64,000 nucleotides of DNA from an uncultured Nitrospiraceae bacterium (GTDB taxonomy: Bacteria; Nitrospirota; Thermodesulfovibrionia; Thermodesulfovibrionales; Dissulfurispiraceae). This document shows positions 8,640 to 18,857 of the stretch, in pieces. The stretch spans positions 416,001-480,000 of the forward strand of contig CAVPIW010000005.1 in the NCBI GenBank assembly GCA_963705105.1, written 5' to 3'. Within the stretch, counting starts at the first letter, position 1. Each line of letters begins with the position of its first letter. The position numbers were made by a program, and so were the translations under genes. The notes beneath the pieces are model-generated. The model had not been told where the DNA came from. It saw only the letters and a program-made list of their open reading frames with translations, and searched no databases.

Positions 8640-9400
8640 ATTTTTGAAGGCCTGTTTGCTCACTTTTAAACGGTGGACCCGGACTCCAGGTCTTTCGCCG
8701 TTCAGCCCGTGCCTGGCATGACCTTGCTGTAATCATACTGGTCGCCGTGGCAGGATGCGCAGGTGTCCTTCGCAACGACGGTTTTGATCTTCTTGCCCTT
8801 GTGAGGCATACTGCAATCATACAACACGGACCTCATTGTTGAAATTTGCTTCACTGGATGTACTCCTGGTATTGCTGGTGGTGTTTGCCTGAGTCGTAGT
8901 AGCCCGTCTTCTTTGCCAAGTCATCGAGGATGAAGATGCACTACAGGTCACCCGTGTATTCCTTTCGAAAGGGTAATCCCGTACGCCGGTGGCATGCCAT
9001 CTTCGGGTAGCAGGTCCCGTCATCCCAGGCTTGAAATCCCGATTCTGGTGCGCGGGAAAGTACGAGCCGCTGCCCTCGCAGGCCACTGTTAGTGTTGTCG
9101 ACATGGGAAGGCCGCAGGGGTCGCTGGACGAGCCAGCAGACCGTGCCTGGGCTGACGACCTCGGCTCCGGGTCCGTGGCAGGCCTCGCAGCCCGTGTTCT
9201 CTTCGATCCACGTTGCCTTCTGTACTTTCATCGCGGCGTCATCTCCATAAGACGCTATCCCGGGCGTGAGGTGAGGCACATGAAGTCCCAGTCGTTCTTC
9301 AGGGAGTTTTCCCATTTGCCCGACACCCGGTTGAACTGCTTGTCCATGAACTGGTGATTTCCCGTCTCGTCGTTCTTCACAAGATAACGCTGCTTCCAGA
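8640..9400 (-). pseudogene. Decayed multiheme cytochrome c (c554-like) gene
   Basis: Fragments in shifting frames: NDWDFMCLT, EENTGCEACHGPGA (9175-9189), GKHHQQYQEYIQ*, DCSMPH, DTCASCHGDQY (8747-8761); stops and frameshifts in between; boundaries approximate. Confidence 0.75.
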
Positions 9401-9497
9401 ATGAGCCGACGACATAGACGATGGGGATTTTTCTTTTTCAGGACATGGCGGCAGACAAACCTTATCATTGCAATAGGACATCCGAAAAGGCAAAGGC

Positions 9498-10022
9498 ATG
9501 ATCATCCTCGTCATCGGCGGCGCCAAGAGCGGCAAGAGCGCCTTTGCCCTCAGACGGGCCGAATCGTTTGAAGGGCGGAAGGCCTACGTCGCCACTGCCG
9601 AACCCCTCGACGACGAGATGAGACTGAGGATCGACAGCCACAGGCTTCAGCGGGGGCCGGACTGGGACACGATCGAGGTGCCGCTGAAGGTAGCCGAGGT
9701 GCTCGACGGGGCTGACGGCAGCCACGGGGCGCTCCTCATCGACTGCCTGACCCTCTGGGTCTCGAATCTCCTCATGAGGGAACAGGACAACGTCGATCCC
9801 GAGTGCGAAATGGAGCGTTTTCTTGAATCGCTCGTCGCCGTCCGCGACAGGGTCGCCACGGCGGTCCTGATTGTGACGAACGAGGTCGGCATGGGCATCG
9901 TCCCCGACAACCCCCTGTCGCGCAGGTTCAGGGATCTTGCGGGACGGCTCAACCAGGCCGTTGCCGAAGTGGCCGACGAAGTCTACTGCGTGATGGCGGG
10001 CATACCGCTGCGGATTAAGTAA
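9498..10022 (+). CDS. cobU: Adenosylcobinamide kinase / cobinamide-phosphate guanylyltransferase
   Basis: GGAKSGKS P-loop, YVATA, IDCLTLWVSN, TNEVGMG. Confidence 0.96.
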   Translation: MIILVIGGAKSGKSAFALRRAESFEGRKAYVATAEPLDDEMRLRIDSHRLQRGPDWDTIEVPLKVAEVLDGADGSHGALLIDCLTLWVSNLLMREQDNVDPECEMERFLESLVAVRDRVATAVLIVTNEVGMGIVPDNPLSRRFRDLAGRLNQAVAEVADEVYCVMAGIPLRIK

Positions 10023-10080
10023 CCGGCATGTTGCACCGGCATGTTGCACCGGCTCATTATTGTGAATCCCTTGAAAAAGG

Positions 10081-10170
10081 CAGGGCCTGCGGTTAGCGGC
10101 GCTGTCTCCGGGAAGGCAGATATGGTTCCGCGTGAAAAGGCGGGGCGCCCCGCCTTCCCGGAGGGCCCTG
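10081..10170. repeat. Collapsed composite of family B and family A palindromic element ends
   Basis: CTCCGGGAAGGCAGATATGGTTC is the reverse complement of the family B end near 61162-61185; inner GAAAAGGCGGGGC/GCCCCGCCTT are family A ends. Confidence 0.7.
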
Positions 10171-10190
10171 TCGCAACAATAAGGCAGGCG

Positions 10191-10254
10191 ACTTAATTAC
10201 TGAATTACTTAGTTACTCAATGACTTAGTTACTCAATGACTTAATTACTAATTT
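10191..10254. repeat. AT-rich 16-nt tandem repeat x4 (8-nt sub-period) upstream of cobT
   Basis: ACTTAATTACTGAATT ACTTAGTTACTCAATG ACTTAGTTACTCAATG ACTTAATTACTAATTT. Confidence 0.9.
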
Positions 10255-10270
10255 TTTTAGGGGAGCGGAC

Positions 10271-11332
10271 ATGGACAGCATCACGCGCACGATAGGTAAT
10301 ATCAGGGGGACGAACGAGGAGTTTTCCGAGATCGCCCAGCGGCACCTCGACAATCTCACCAAACCTCGGGGAAGCCTGGGAAGGCTCGAAGAATTTGCCC
10401 GCCGTCTCGTCACGATCACCGAGAACCGCAGCCCCGTCCTGGACAGGAAGGTCATTTTCACCTTTGCCGGAGACCACGGAGTCACCGACGAGGGCGTCTC
10501 CGCCTATCCCCGCGAGGTGACACGGCAGATGGTCCTCAACTTCCTCCGCGGCGGCGCCGGCATCAATGTCCTTGCCCGTCACGCCGGTGCCGAGGTCGTT
10601 GTCATCGACATCGGTGTCGATTGTGACTTCGGAGATATCGGCGGCCTCATGAAGATGAAGGTCCTGAGGGGGACGGCGAACATGGCCAAGATACCGGCGA
10701 TGACAAGGGATGAGGCCGTCCGGACCGTCGAGATCGGGATCGAGCTCGCCCAGGGGTATGCGAAAAGGGGCTACAAGATCTTCGGCACCGGTGAAATGGG
10801 GATCGGCAACACGACGCCGTCGAGCGCCATAGCGGCCGTGCTGACGGGCAGGCCCGTCTCTGATGTTACCGGGAAGGGCACGGGTATCACCGATGAGGCC
10901 CTGCAGCACAAGGTACGTGTCATCGAGAAGGCCATCGCCGTGAACAGGCCGGACCCGAAAGACCCCATCGATGTGCTCGCGAAGGTGGGCGGCGCCGAGA
11001 TCGGCGGCATTGCGGGGCTCATCCTCGGCGCGGCGGAGCAGAGGATCCCCGTTGTGATCGACGGATTCATCTCCACGGCAGGGGCCCTCATCGCCTTTGC
11101 ACTGGAGCCGAAGACGAAGGAATACATGTTCGCAGCCCATAATTCCGTGGAAATAGGACACCGGATCATGCTCGACGCAATGGCCCTCAGGCCGATCCTC
11201 GACCTCGACATGAGGCTCGGCGAGGGGACCGGCGCAGCCATCGCCATGGCTTTGATCGAGGCAGGCCTGAAGATCTACAAGGAGATGGCGACCTTCGGGG
11301 AGGCCGGAGTTTCAGGGGAGACGAAGAGCTGA
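10271..11332 (+). CDS. cobT: Nicotinate-nucleotide-dimethylbenzimidazole phosphoribosyltransferase
   Basis: [37 protein letters not shown]. Confidence 0.97.
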   Translation: MDSITRTIGNIRGTNEEFSEIAQRHLDNLTKPRGSLGRLEEFARRLVTITENRSPVLDRKVIFTFAGDHGVTDEGVSAYPREVTRQMVLNFLRGGAGINVLARHAGAEVVVIDIGVDCDFGDIGGLMKMKVLRGTANMAKIPAMTRDEAVRTVEIGIELAQGYAKRGYKIFGTGEMGIGNTTPSSAIAAVLTGRPVSDVTGKGTGITDEALQHKVRVIEKAIAVNRPDPKDPIDVLAKVGGAEIGGIAGLILGAAEQRIPVVIDGFISTAGALIAFALEPKTKEYMFAAHNSVEIGHRIMLDAMALRPILDLDMRLGEGTGAAIAMALIEAGLKIYKEMATFGEAGVSGETKS

Positions 11333-11335
11333 GAG

Positions 11336-12148
11336 ATGAGGAGCCTGCTTCTGGCATTCCAGTTCCTGACGATCGTGCCGATCCGCATCAGCGGTGACCT
11401 CACCGAGGGGGACATGGCCAGATCCGCCACGTTCTTCCCGCTCGTCGGCGTCGCCCAGGGGTGCGCTGCCGCCCTTGCCGGCGCCGCTGCCCTGCATGTC
11501 TTTTCCCCCGGGATCGCCGGCGCCTGCGTCATCATCGTCCTCACCCTCAGCAACGGGGGGTTCCACCTCGACGGCATCGCCGACACCTTTGACGCATTAG
11601 CGGTGAAGTCCTCGGGAGATACGGAGAGGGACAGGGCGAGGAGACTGGATGTCATGAAGGACAGCTCGACGGGGGCCATCGGCGTCGTCGCCGTCGTGCT
11701 CACTGTCCTGACGAAATTCCTCTTCCTCCAGGGCCTCTTCACAGAACAGCCCGTTGCCGTGAGCGGCGCTATCGTCGTCCTCATGGCGGCCCTCTCAAAA
11801 TGGTCGATGATCCCCGCCATGTATCACGGCGTGCCGGCGCGGCCCGACGGTCTCGGGCGCATCTTCATCGGTCATGTCTCATTCCCGTCGCTCCTGGCCG
11901 CCTCTTTTATCGTTCTCCTCCTCTTTGCCGCCTCCCGGGGCCTTATTCCGGGCGAACGGTACGGCATGGGAACGGTCATGGCATTCCCTCTCATGGCAGG
12001 GATACTTTACGGATTCAGCTATCTCTGGGTCCGCTTCTGCGAGCGCAGGTTCGGCGGGCTCACGGGCGACACCTTCGGCGCCATGGGGGAGCTTTCGGAA
12101 ATCCTTTTCCTCGCGGTGGCATCGGCATGGTTACGACACTCTTTCTGA
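11336..12148 (+). CDS. cobS: Adenosylcobinamide-GDP ribazoletransferase (cobalamin synthase)
   Basis: FQFLTIVP, GGFHLDGIADTFD, MKDSSTGAIG, GGLTGDTFGA. Confidence 0.96.
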   Translation: MRSLLLAFQFLTIVPIRISGDLTEGDMARSATFFPLVGVAQGCAAALAGAAALHVFSPGIAGACVIIVLTLSNGGFHLDGIADTFDALAVKSSGDTERDRARRLDVMKDSSTGAIGVVAVVLTVLTKFLFLQGLFTEQPVAVSGAIVVLMAALSKWSMIPAMYHGVPARPDGLGRIFIGHVSFPSLLAASFIVLLLFAASRGLIPGERYGMGTVMAFPLMAGILYGFSYLWVRFCERRFGGLTGDTFGAMGELSEILFLAVASAWLRHSF

Positions 12149-12852
12149 TCAGGCACGGCGCAACGGCGGGCGGCAGGAAGAACGCCTATAAGGGGAGCAT
12201 CGACGTGCCTCTCTCCGAAGAGGGAGAGGTCCAGATGACAAGGGCTGCCGCCTTTCTGTCCGGGACGATGAAGACCCTTGCGCGGGAGCGTATGACGAGT
12301 TACCTGAAGGATGTCAACTCCGGGAAAAATGAAGAACAGGGTCTCCGGGATGAACAGGCCGGTGCGTTGTCCGCCGTCTACTGCTCGGACCTCTCGCGGG
12401 CGCGGAAAAGCGCCGGCTATATCGCAGGGCCGTACGGCCTCGATCCCGTTGCTGTGCCGGACCTGAGGGAACGTCACTTCGGCGTCTGGGAGGGCATGAC
12501 CTTCCTCGAGATCCGTGATCTTTATCCCGCTGAATTCGAGGCGTGGGCGAAGGACCCGGTCCGCCACAGCCCGCCGGGAGGCGAGAGCACCCTCGACGTG
12601 AGGGACAGGGTGATAAAGGCCCTCGATGAGATCATGGACCGCCATTGCGGAGCGGGCGGCGCTTCTTCGACGGCCACCAACATCGCCGTCGTCGCCCACG
12701 GAGGCGTCAACAGGATCATCCTCTGCCACATCCTCGGCATTCCGCTGGAGAATGTCTTCAGGATCGAACAGGACCATGCCGCCGTGAACATCATCGAGTT
12801 CTGGGAGAGGTATCCGGTGGTGAAGCTGATAAACGGAGGAGACCGTGGCTAA
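12127..12852 (+). CDS. cobC: Histidine phosphatase, probable alpha-ribazole phosphatase
   Basis: LIRHG, SDLSRA, LRERHFGVWEG, PPGGES, VAHGG; follows cobS; start moved to ATG 12127. Confidence 0.88.
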   Translation: MVTTLFLIRHGATAGGRKNAYKGSIDVPLSEEGEVQMTRAAAFLSGTMKTLARERMTSYLKDVNSGKNEEQGLRDEQAGALSAVYCSDLSRARKSAGYIAGPYGLDPVAVPDLRERHFGVWEGMTFLEIRDLYPAEFEAWAKDPVRHSPPGGESTLDVRDRVIKALDEIMDRHCGAGGASSTATNIAVVAHGGVNRIILCHILGIPLENVFRIEQDHAAVNIIEFWERYPVVKLINGGDRG

Positions 12853-14353
12853 GGCCGTGATGGTGCAGGGGACAGGATCAGGGGCGGGCAAGAGCCTCAT
12901 TGCCGCGGCCCTGTGCCGGGTCTTCAGCGACAGGGGACTCTCCGTCGCTCCTTTCAAATCGCAGAACATGGCCCTCAATTCCTTCATCACCTGCGAAGGC
13001 GGCGAGATCGGCAGGGCCCAGGCCCTTCAGGCAGAGGCGGCACGGCTCGAACCGTCCGTCCATATGAACCCGATCCTCCTGAAGGCCTCCGGCGATATGG
13101 GCTCCCAGGTGATCATCCAGGGCAAGGCCCTGCGCCACATGAAGGCGCAGGAGTATTACGCATACCGAAAGACGGCATGGGAGGCGGTCAGGGATTCCTA
13201 TGAACGGCTGTCCCGCCGGCACGACATCATCGTCATCGAGGGCGCCGGCAGCCCCGCCGAGATCAACCTCATGGACGTGGACATCGTCAATATGGCCGTG
13301 GCGAAGCACGCGAAAGCGCCGGTGCTCCTCGTGGGGGACATCGACAAGGGCGGCGTCTTCGCCTCGCTCTACGGCACGGTGAAACTCCTCGGCAGGGACG
13401 GCAGGTTTGTCCGGGCCTTCATCATCAACAAATTCCGCGGTGATATGGAGATCCTGCGACCGGGCCTCGAGATGATCCGGCAGCGGACGGGCAAGCCTGT
13501 GATCGGCGTTTTGCCCTACATCACGGATATCGGGCTGCCCGAGGAGGACGGCCTCGCCCTGGGCCAGCGGACGGGGATCACACGGCCGTCGCCGGACAGG
13601 CACCCCGTGAAGGTCGCCGTCGTCAGGCTCCGGTACATCTCTAATTTCACCGACTTCGATCCCCTCTTCCACGAAGAGGACGTCGAAATCTCCTACACCC
13701 AGAGCCCGATGGAGATCGAGCACGCCGACTGGGTCATTGTGCCCGGTACGAAAAATACGGTGAAGGACCTGGCCTTTCTCCGCGAAAGGGGTCTCGACGG
13801 GAGCCTCCGGAGGGCCTTTGAAAGGGGTGTGCAGATCACGGGGATATGCGGCGGCTACCAGATGCTGGGCCGGACGATCCTCGATCCCCATTGCGTCGAG
13901 AGCCCCTGCAGGGAGGTCGGGGGACTGGGGCTGCTCAATATCGTGACGACCTTCGAGGCCAGGAAGGTCACTTGCCAGGACACGGCGGTAGCGCTCGGCC
14001 CCGTCGGCGGTCACGAAACAAGGGATGGCGACGGTCTGAAGGGTTATGAGATCCACATGGGAGTGAGCGACGGGGAGATCGGGCTCTTCCGTCTCCACAG
14101 AAAGCCCGGCGAGGCAGAAGTGCCCGACGGTTCGCAGAACAGGAACTGCTGGGGGACCTACCTCCACGGGATCTTCGACAACGACTCCTTCCGGAGGGGA
14201 CTGATCAATGCCCTGAGGGAGAAAAAAGGGACAGCTCCACTGCCGGTCACCGTGAGATACGGCACATTGAAAGAGAAAGCGATCGACAACCTCGCAGGCA
14301 TCGTGCGGGAGCATCTCGACATGGCCTTTATCACGAAAGAGATGGGGTTATGA
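12845..14353 (+). CDS. cobQ: Cobyric acid synthase
   Basis: QGTGSGAGKS, PFKSQNMALNS, EGAGSPAEIN, GICGGYQMLG, GTYLHG. Confidence 0.97.
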   Translation: MAKAVMVQGTGSGAGKSLIAAALCRVFSDRGLSVAPFKSQNMALNSFITCEGGEIGRAQALQAEAARLEPSVHMNPILLKASGDMGSQVIIQGKALRHMKAQEYYAYRKTAWEAVRDSYERLSRRHDIIVIEGAGSPAEINLMDVDIVNMAVAKHAKAPVLLVGDIDKGGVFASLYGTVKLLGRDGRFVRAFIINKFRGDMEILRPGLEMIRQRTGKPVIGVLPYITDIGLPEEDGLALGQRTGITRPSPDRHPVKVAVVRLRYISNFTDFDPLFHEEDVEISYTQSPMEIEHADWVIVPGTKNTVKDLAFLRERGLDGSLRRAFERGVQITGICGGYQMLGRTILDPHCVESPCREVGGLGLLNIVTTFEARKVTCQDTAVALGPVGGHETRDGDGLKGYEIHMGVSDGEIGLFRLHRKPGEAEVPDGSQNRNCWGTYLHGIFDNDSFRRGLINALREKKGTAPLPVTVRYGTLKEKAIDNLAGIVREHLDMAFITKEMGL

Positions 14354-15375
14354 CAGAGGCGATCATGAAATCCCTGGAAATCGCCCCGGTGATCCTGATC
14401 CTGGCATTTCTCCTTGACCTCGCCATCGGCGATCCCCGGTGGCTTCCCCACCCCGTGCGGTTCATAGGCGCGGCGATCGCGGGTCTGGAGGTGGTTCTCC
14501 GGAAGGTGTTCCGGAGGCCGGCAGGCGAGCGGGCCGCCGGCGTGCTGCTCGTTCTGCTGATCATTATCCCGGCCTTCGCCGTCACGGCTGCCATTGTGCT
14601 GGCCGCCACTCTCCACCGGTCCGATCCGGCCGCACTTGCCGGATCGGCGGTCCTCGTCTACCTGACGTCGACGACGATCGCAACGCGGGACCTCGTCGAT
14701 TCGGCCCGGCTGGTCATCGACGCCGTCCTGAACAGGGACATCGTCAGCGCCAGGCAGAGACTGTCCATGATCGTCGGGAGGGACACGCAGCACCTCTCCG
14801 AGGAGGCGGTCCTGAGGGCGACCGTCGAGACCGTGGCGGAGAATATCTCCGACGGCGTCATTGCACCCCTCTTTTATCTTGCCGTCGGCGGGCTCCCTCT
14901 CGCCATGACCTACAAGGCCGTGAACACCCTCGACTCGATGGTGGGGTACAAGAACGATCGCTACCTTCACATCGGCCGGGCCTCGGCCCGCCTGGACGAT
15001 GTCGCCAATTTCATCCCTGCACGGATCACGGGGCTCCTCGTCGTCTTTGCCGTATTTCTCCTCACCCTCGCCGGGAAGGCGAAACGTCCGCTGATGGACG
15101 CCCGCCGCGCCCTGACAGTGATGCTCAGGGACGGCAGGAAACACTCCAGTCCGAACAGCGGCATCCCTGAGGCGGCCGTCGCCGGAGGTCTCGGCGTCGT
15201 CCTTGGCGGACCATCCACGTACGGCGGAATCATCGTGGAGAAGCCCTATATCGGCGAAGGCCTGGGCAGGGAATATCTCCCCGCATCCCTGGAGGCGCTC
15301 AGCATCGCCAGGATGACGGCCCTGATCGGCGCCGGCCTCGCTGCCTGTGTCCTGCAGGTGAGGACGATCCTGTGA
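14350..15375 (+). CDS. cbiB: Adenosylcobinamide-phosphate synthase
   Basis: GDPRWLPHPV, VGRDT, AENISDG, YKAVNTLDSMVGY, SPNSG. Confidence 0.96.
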   Translation: MTEAIMKSLEIAPVILILAFLLDLAIGDPRWLPHPVRFIGAAIAGLEVVLRKVFRRPAGERAAGVLLVLLIIIPAFAVTAAIVLAATLHRSDPAALAGSAVLVYLTSTTIATRDLVDSARLVIDAVLNRDIVSARQRLSMIVGRDTQHLSEEAVLRATVETVAENISDGVIAPLFYLAVGGLPLAMTYKAVNTLDSMVGYKNDRYLHIGRASARLDDVANFIPARITGLLVVFAVFLLTLAGKAKRPLMDARRALTVMLRDGRKHSSPNSGIPEAAVAGGLGVVLGGPSTYGGIIVEKPYIGEGLGREYLPASLEALSIARMTALIGAGLAACVLQVRTIL

Positions 15376-16430
15376 AGGGGCACGGGGGCAACATCTACAG
15401 CGTCGCCCACGAGCTCGGCGTCCCGTCGTCGGAAGTCCTCGACCTGAGCGCATCCATCAATCCCCTCGGCGTGCCCCGGTCTGTGAAAAAGGCGATCATG
15501 CAAGGCATCGCATCGCTCCGCCATTATCCGGACACCGATGTGAAGGCACTGACGTCGCGCATCGCCGGCACCATCGGCGTCGATGCGGCATCGGTCCTCT
15601 GCGGCAACGGGAGCACCGAACTCATCTACGCGGTCGTGAAGGCCCTGCGTCCCCGGCGGGTGCTTATTCCGGCGCCGGCCTTCTCGGAATACGAGCGCGC
15701 CTGCACCGTGAACAGCGACGCCGTCGTGACTCACCTCCCGCTCACGCGGGACGTCGATTTCGATATCGGCGCCGATGAATTCGTCAGGGCCATGGAGGGC
15801 TGCGACATCGCCTTCCTCTGCAATCCCAACAACCCCACGGGGCGGCTCGTGGCGGAAAGAGACCTGATGAGGATCGCCGCAGCCGCCCGGGACATGCGCT
15901 GTTACTTCGTACTCGACGAGGCGTTCATCGACTTCATGCCCGGAGAATCCCTCGTGCGGGAGGTGGCGCAGAATCCGCGGCTCATCGTGCTGAGATCGAT
16001 GACGAAGTTCTACGCCCTGGCGGGGCTGCGGCTCGGATACGGCGTCTTCCCGGAGGAAGCAGCCGGCAGGCTGCTCACGGTGAAGGAGCCCTGGACTGTG
16101 AACACCCTCGCCCAGCTCGCGGGCCTTGCGGCGCTCGACGACGACGCCTATGCGGAAGAAACGCTCCTCGTCATGAAGGAGGCGAAACGCTATGTGGAGA
16201 AGGAACTGACCAGGCTCGGCATCGCGTTCATCCCGTCACCGGCCAACTTCTACCTCCTCAGGATGGACGACGCCCCGGCCGTTATCGCTTCCCTCAGGAG
16301 GGCGGGCATTATGGTGAGGGACTGTTCCAACTTCACCGGCCTCGATCACCGGTACATCAGGATCGCCGTCAAGTCCCGGCGGGACATGCGGCGCTTCTTC
16401 AGGGAGGTCGAACGATGCCGGGGTTTGTGA
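15372..16430 (+). CDS. cobD: L-threonine-O-3-phosphate decarboxylase
   Basis: HGGN, SASINPLG, CNPNNPTG, DEAF, RSMTKFYALAGLRLGY; lies inside the cob operon. Confidence 0.92.
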   Translation: MKGHGGNIYSVAHELGVPSSEVLDLSASINPLGVPRSVKKAIMQGIASLRHYPDTDVKALTSRIAGTIGVDAASVLCGNGSTELIYAVVKALRPRRVLIPAPAFSEYERACTVNSDAVVTHLPLTRDVDFDIGADEFVRAMEGCDIAFLCNPNNPTGRLVAERDLMRIAAAARDMRCYFVLDEAFIDFMPGESLVREVAQNPRLIVLRSMTKFYALAGLRLGYGVFPEEAAGRLLTVKEPWTVNTLAQLAGLAALDDDAYAEETLLVMKEAKRYVEKELTRLGIAFIPSPANFYLLRMDDAPAVIASLRRAGIMVRDCSNFTGLDHRYIRIAVKSRRDMRRFFREVERCRGL

Positions 16431-17818
16431 TTGCCGGCACGCACAGCGGCTGCGGCAAGACGACGGTGACCCTCGGTCTCCTCGCTGCACTGGTGAAGAG
16501 GGGGCTGTCCGTCCAGCCTTTCAAGGCCGGTCCCGATTTCATCGACCCGGGCCTCCACCGGCTCGTGACGGGAAGGCCGTCGCGTAATCTTGACGTATGG
16601 ATGTGCGGGGAGGATTATGTGCAGGCGTGCTACGGTGAGTATTCCCGACAGGCCGACATATCCGTTGTTGAAGGGGTGATGGGCCTCTACGACGGCGATC
16701 ACGGAACGGCCCGTCTCGCCCGGCTGCTCGAACTTCCCGTCGTCCTTGTCGTCGATGCATACGGGATGGCAGAGAGCGCCGGCGCCGTCGTGAAGGGATT
16801 CACGGAATACGGTGGCAGACCTTCATTCCTGGGGGTGCTTTTCAACCGCGTCGCCTCGGAAAGCCATTTCAGGAGGCTCAAAGACAGCATCGCCGCCGTC
16901 CCGGTGCTCGGATATCTGCCCCGCGACCTCGGTTTCGAAATCCCCCACCGCCATCTCGGGCTCATCGTGGCGGAGGAAAACCCCGTCACGAAGGAACAGA
17001 TCGACAGGCTTGCGGAGACGGTGTTGAGGCACGTCGATGTCGAGAAGATTATACGGGACAGCCGGCAGGCGGCAGCGGACAGGGGAGATGAAACGTTCAC
17101 CATTCAACGTTCACAATTCAACACATCCCCCCCTGCATTGTCCAGTGATGGAAAAGTGACGATCGCCGTCGCCTATGACAGGGCCTTCTGCTTCTATTAC
17201 GAGGACAACCTCGACATGCTGAGAGACGAAGGGGCGGAGATCGCGCTCTTCAGCCCCCTCTCAGACGGCGCCCTCCCTGCCGGGGCGGACGCCCTTTACC
17301 TCGGCGGAGGATACCCGGAGCTCTATGCCGGGGAACTCTCACAAAATGCATCCCTGTTACAGGCAATCCGTGACTGGGCGAAGGCGGACAGGCCCGTCTA
17401 TGCCGAATGCGGCGGGCTCATGTACCTGTCCCGGGGCATACACGATTTCGAGGGGCGTTTTTTCCCCCTGTGCGGTGTCCTGCCCTTTGAGACGGAGATG
17501 AAAACCGGCAGGTCACGACTGGGGTATCGCGCCGTCGAGTTCCGGGAAGACTGTCTGCTGGGACGCAGGGGGGACAGGGCCAGGGGGCACGAGTTCCATT
17601 ACTCCCTGATCAGGCAGGACCGGGATAGACAGAGTGAAGGGGACGATCCGGACATGATTTACAGGGTCAGCGGCGGCAGGGGTGAGGACCGGGATGGCGA
17701 AGGCTACCGGCTCGGCAACACCCTTGCAAGCTACATCCATCTCCATTTCGGGAGCAACGGCGGCATCGCGGCTGCCATGATACGGGCAATCAAGGAGGCG
17801 AGGCACCATGGACAATAA
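16415..17818 (+). CDS. cbiA: Cobyrinate a,c-diamide synthase
   Basis: SGCGKTT, FKAGPDFIDP, EGVMGLYDG, GGGYPE, AECGGLMYL, GHEFHYS. Confidence 0.96.
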   Translation: MPGFVIAGTHSGCGKTTVTLGLLAALVKRGLSVQPFKAGPDFIDPGLHRLVTGRPSRNLDVWMCGEDYVQACYGEYSRQADISVVEGVMGLYDGDHGTARLARLLELPVVLVVDAYGMAESAGAVVKGFTEYGGRPSFLGVLFNRVASESHFRRLKDSIAAVPVLGYLPRDLGFEIPHRHLGLIVAEENPVTKEQIDRLAETVLRHVDVEKIIRDSRQAAADRGDETFTIQRSQFNTSPPALSSDGKVTIAVAYDRAFCFYYEDNLDMLRDEGAEIALFSPLSDGALPAGADALYLGGGYPELYAGELSQNASLLQAIRDWAKADRPVYAECGGLMYLSRGIHDFEGRFFPLCGVLPFETEMKTGRSRLGYRAVEFREDCLLGRRGDRARGHEFHYSLIRQDRDRQSEGDDPDMIYRVSGGRGEDRDGEGYRLGNTLASYIHLHFGSNGGIAAAMIRAIKEARHHGQ

Positions 17819-18857
17819 AAGAGAGAGCATCATCCTCATCGGGCACGGCAGTCCGCGGCGGGAGGCGAACAATATCGATCTCATGGCGGGGCTCCTCCAC
17901 AGTTACATCCATCCGGGATGCGGAGACGGATGCGTCAGCGTCGCCTACCTCCAGTTCACGGAGCCGGAAATCATGGATGCCATCGGCAATGCCGTCGGCA
18001 GGGGAGCGGAGCGGGTGATCCTCCATCCCTTCTTCCTGAGCTCGGGCATGCACGTGACGAAGGACATTCCCGAAATGATCGAAGAGGCGAAGACGCGTTA
18101 TCCCGGAGTGCAGTTCCTCTACACGGAACCCCTGGGCCTCCATGAGCGGATGGCGCCGATCATCATGGAACGGATCAATGCGGCGAGGAACCCTGACCCG
18201 TCCGAAATCGAGCGCCGGAGCTTCGAGATGATCGGCGAAGAGATGGACCTGAGCGGCATCCCTGCTGCGCAGAGGCCCGTGGTTCAGCGCGTCATTCATG
18301 CGACGGCCGATTTCGAGTTCGCCGGGACCCTCGTCTTTCACCGCCGCGCCATCGAGGCGGGTGTCGCCGCGATACGCGCAGGAAAAGATATTCTCACAGA
18401 CATCGAGATGGTCCGGACGGGCATCAACAAGGGGCTGCTCGGCCGATGGGGAGGCAAGGTCATCTGCGCGCTGCACGATATTGAGCCGGCCGGAGAAAGC
18501 CATGCGGACACAACGTCGGAAGGAGGCGTCTGCGGCAGGACCCGGGCGGAGCGGGGGATAGAGAAGGGTCTGAGGGAGCATCCCGGCGTCGGCATCATCG
18601 TCATCGGCAACGCGCCGACGGCCCTCCTGAGGACGATCGATATCCTCACCTCGAAAGAGAGCCCCGTCGACCCGTCGAATGTCCTCGTCGTCGGTGTTCC
18701 CGTGGGGTTCGTCAAGGCCCTCGAATCGAAGACGCTCCTGTCACAGCAGGATGTCCCCCACATCACCAACCTGAGCAGGAAAGGCGGCACACCCGTCGCC
18801 GTCGCCGTCGTCAACGCGCTCCTGCGCATCGCGAACGATGAAGGAGCGGGAAAATGA
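17808..18857 (+). CDS. Fused sirohydrochlorin cobaltochelatase (CbiX) / cobalt-precorrin-8 methylmutase (CbiC)
   Basis: N-terminal GHGS...AYLQF...PFFL..GMHVTKDIP; C-terminal IERRSF, RVIHATAD, IGNAPTAL, PVGFV. Confidence 0.92.
   Translation: MDNKRESIILIGHGSPRREANNIDLMAGLLHSYIHPGCGDGCVSVAYLQFTEPEIMDAIGNAVGRGAERVILHPFFLSSGMHVTKDIPEMIEEAKTRYPGVQFLYTEPLGLHERMAPIIMERINAARNPDPSEIERRSFEMIGEEMDLSGIPAAQRPVVQRVIHATADFEFAGTLVFHRRAIEAGVAAIRAGKDILTDIEMVRTGINKGLLGRWGGKVICALHDIEPAGESHADTTSEGGVCGRTRAERGIEKGLREHPGVGIIVIGNAPTALLRTIDILTSKESPVDPSNVLVVGVPVGFVKALESKTLLSQQDVPHITNLSRKGGTPVAVAVVNALLRIANDEGAGK

Noticed and set aside
10095..10125. GCTGTCTCCGGGAAGGC resembles the B12 box of a cobalamin riboswitch
   Set aside because: Other conserved riboswitch blocks are absent, and the sequence is the end of the family B repeat also found at non-cob loci (54473, 61012)
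10191..10254. Possible CRISPR array
   Set aside because: Units are contiguous with no unique spacers; no cas genes in the window
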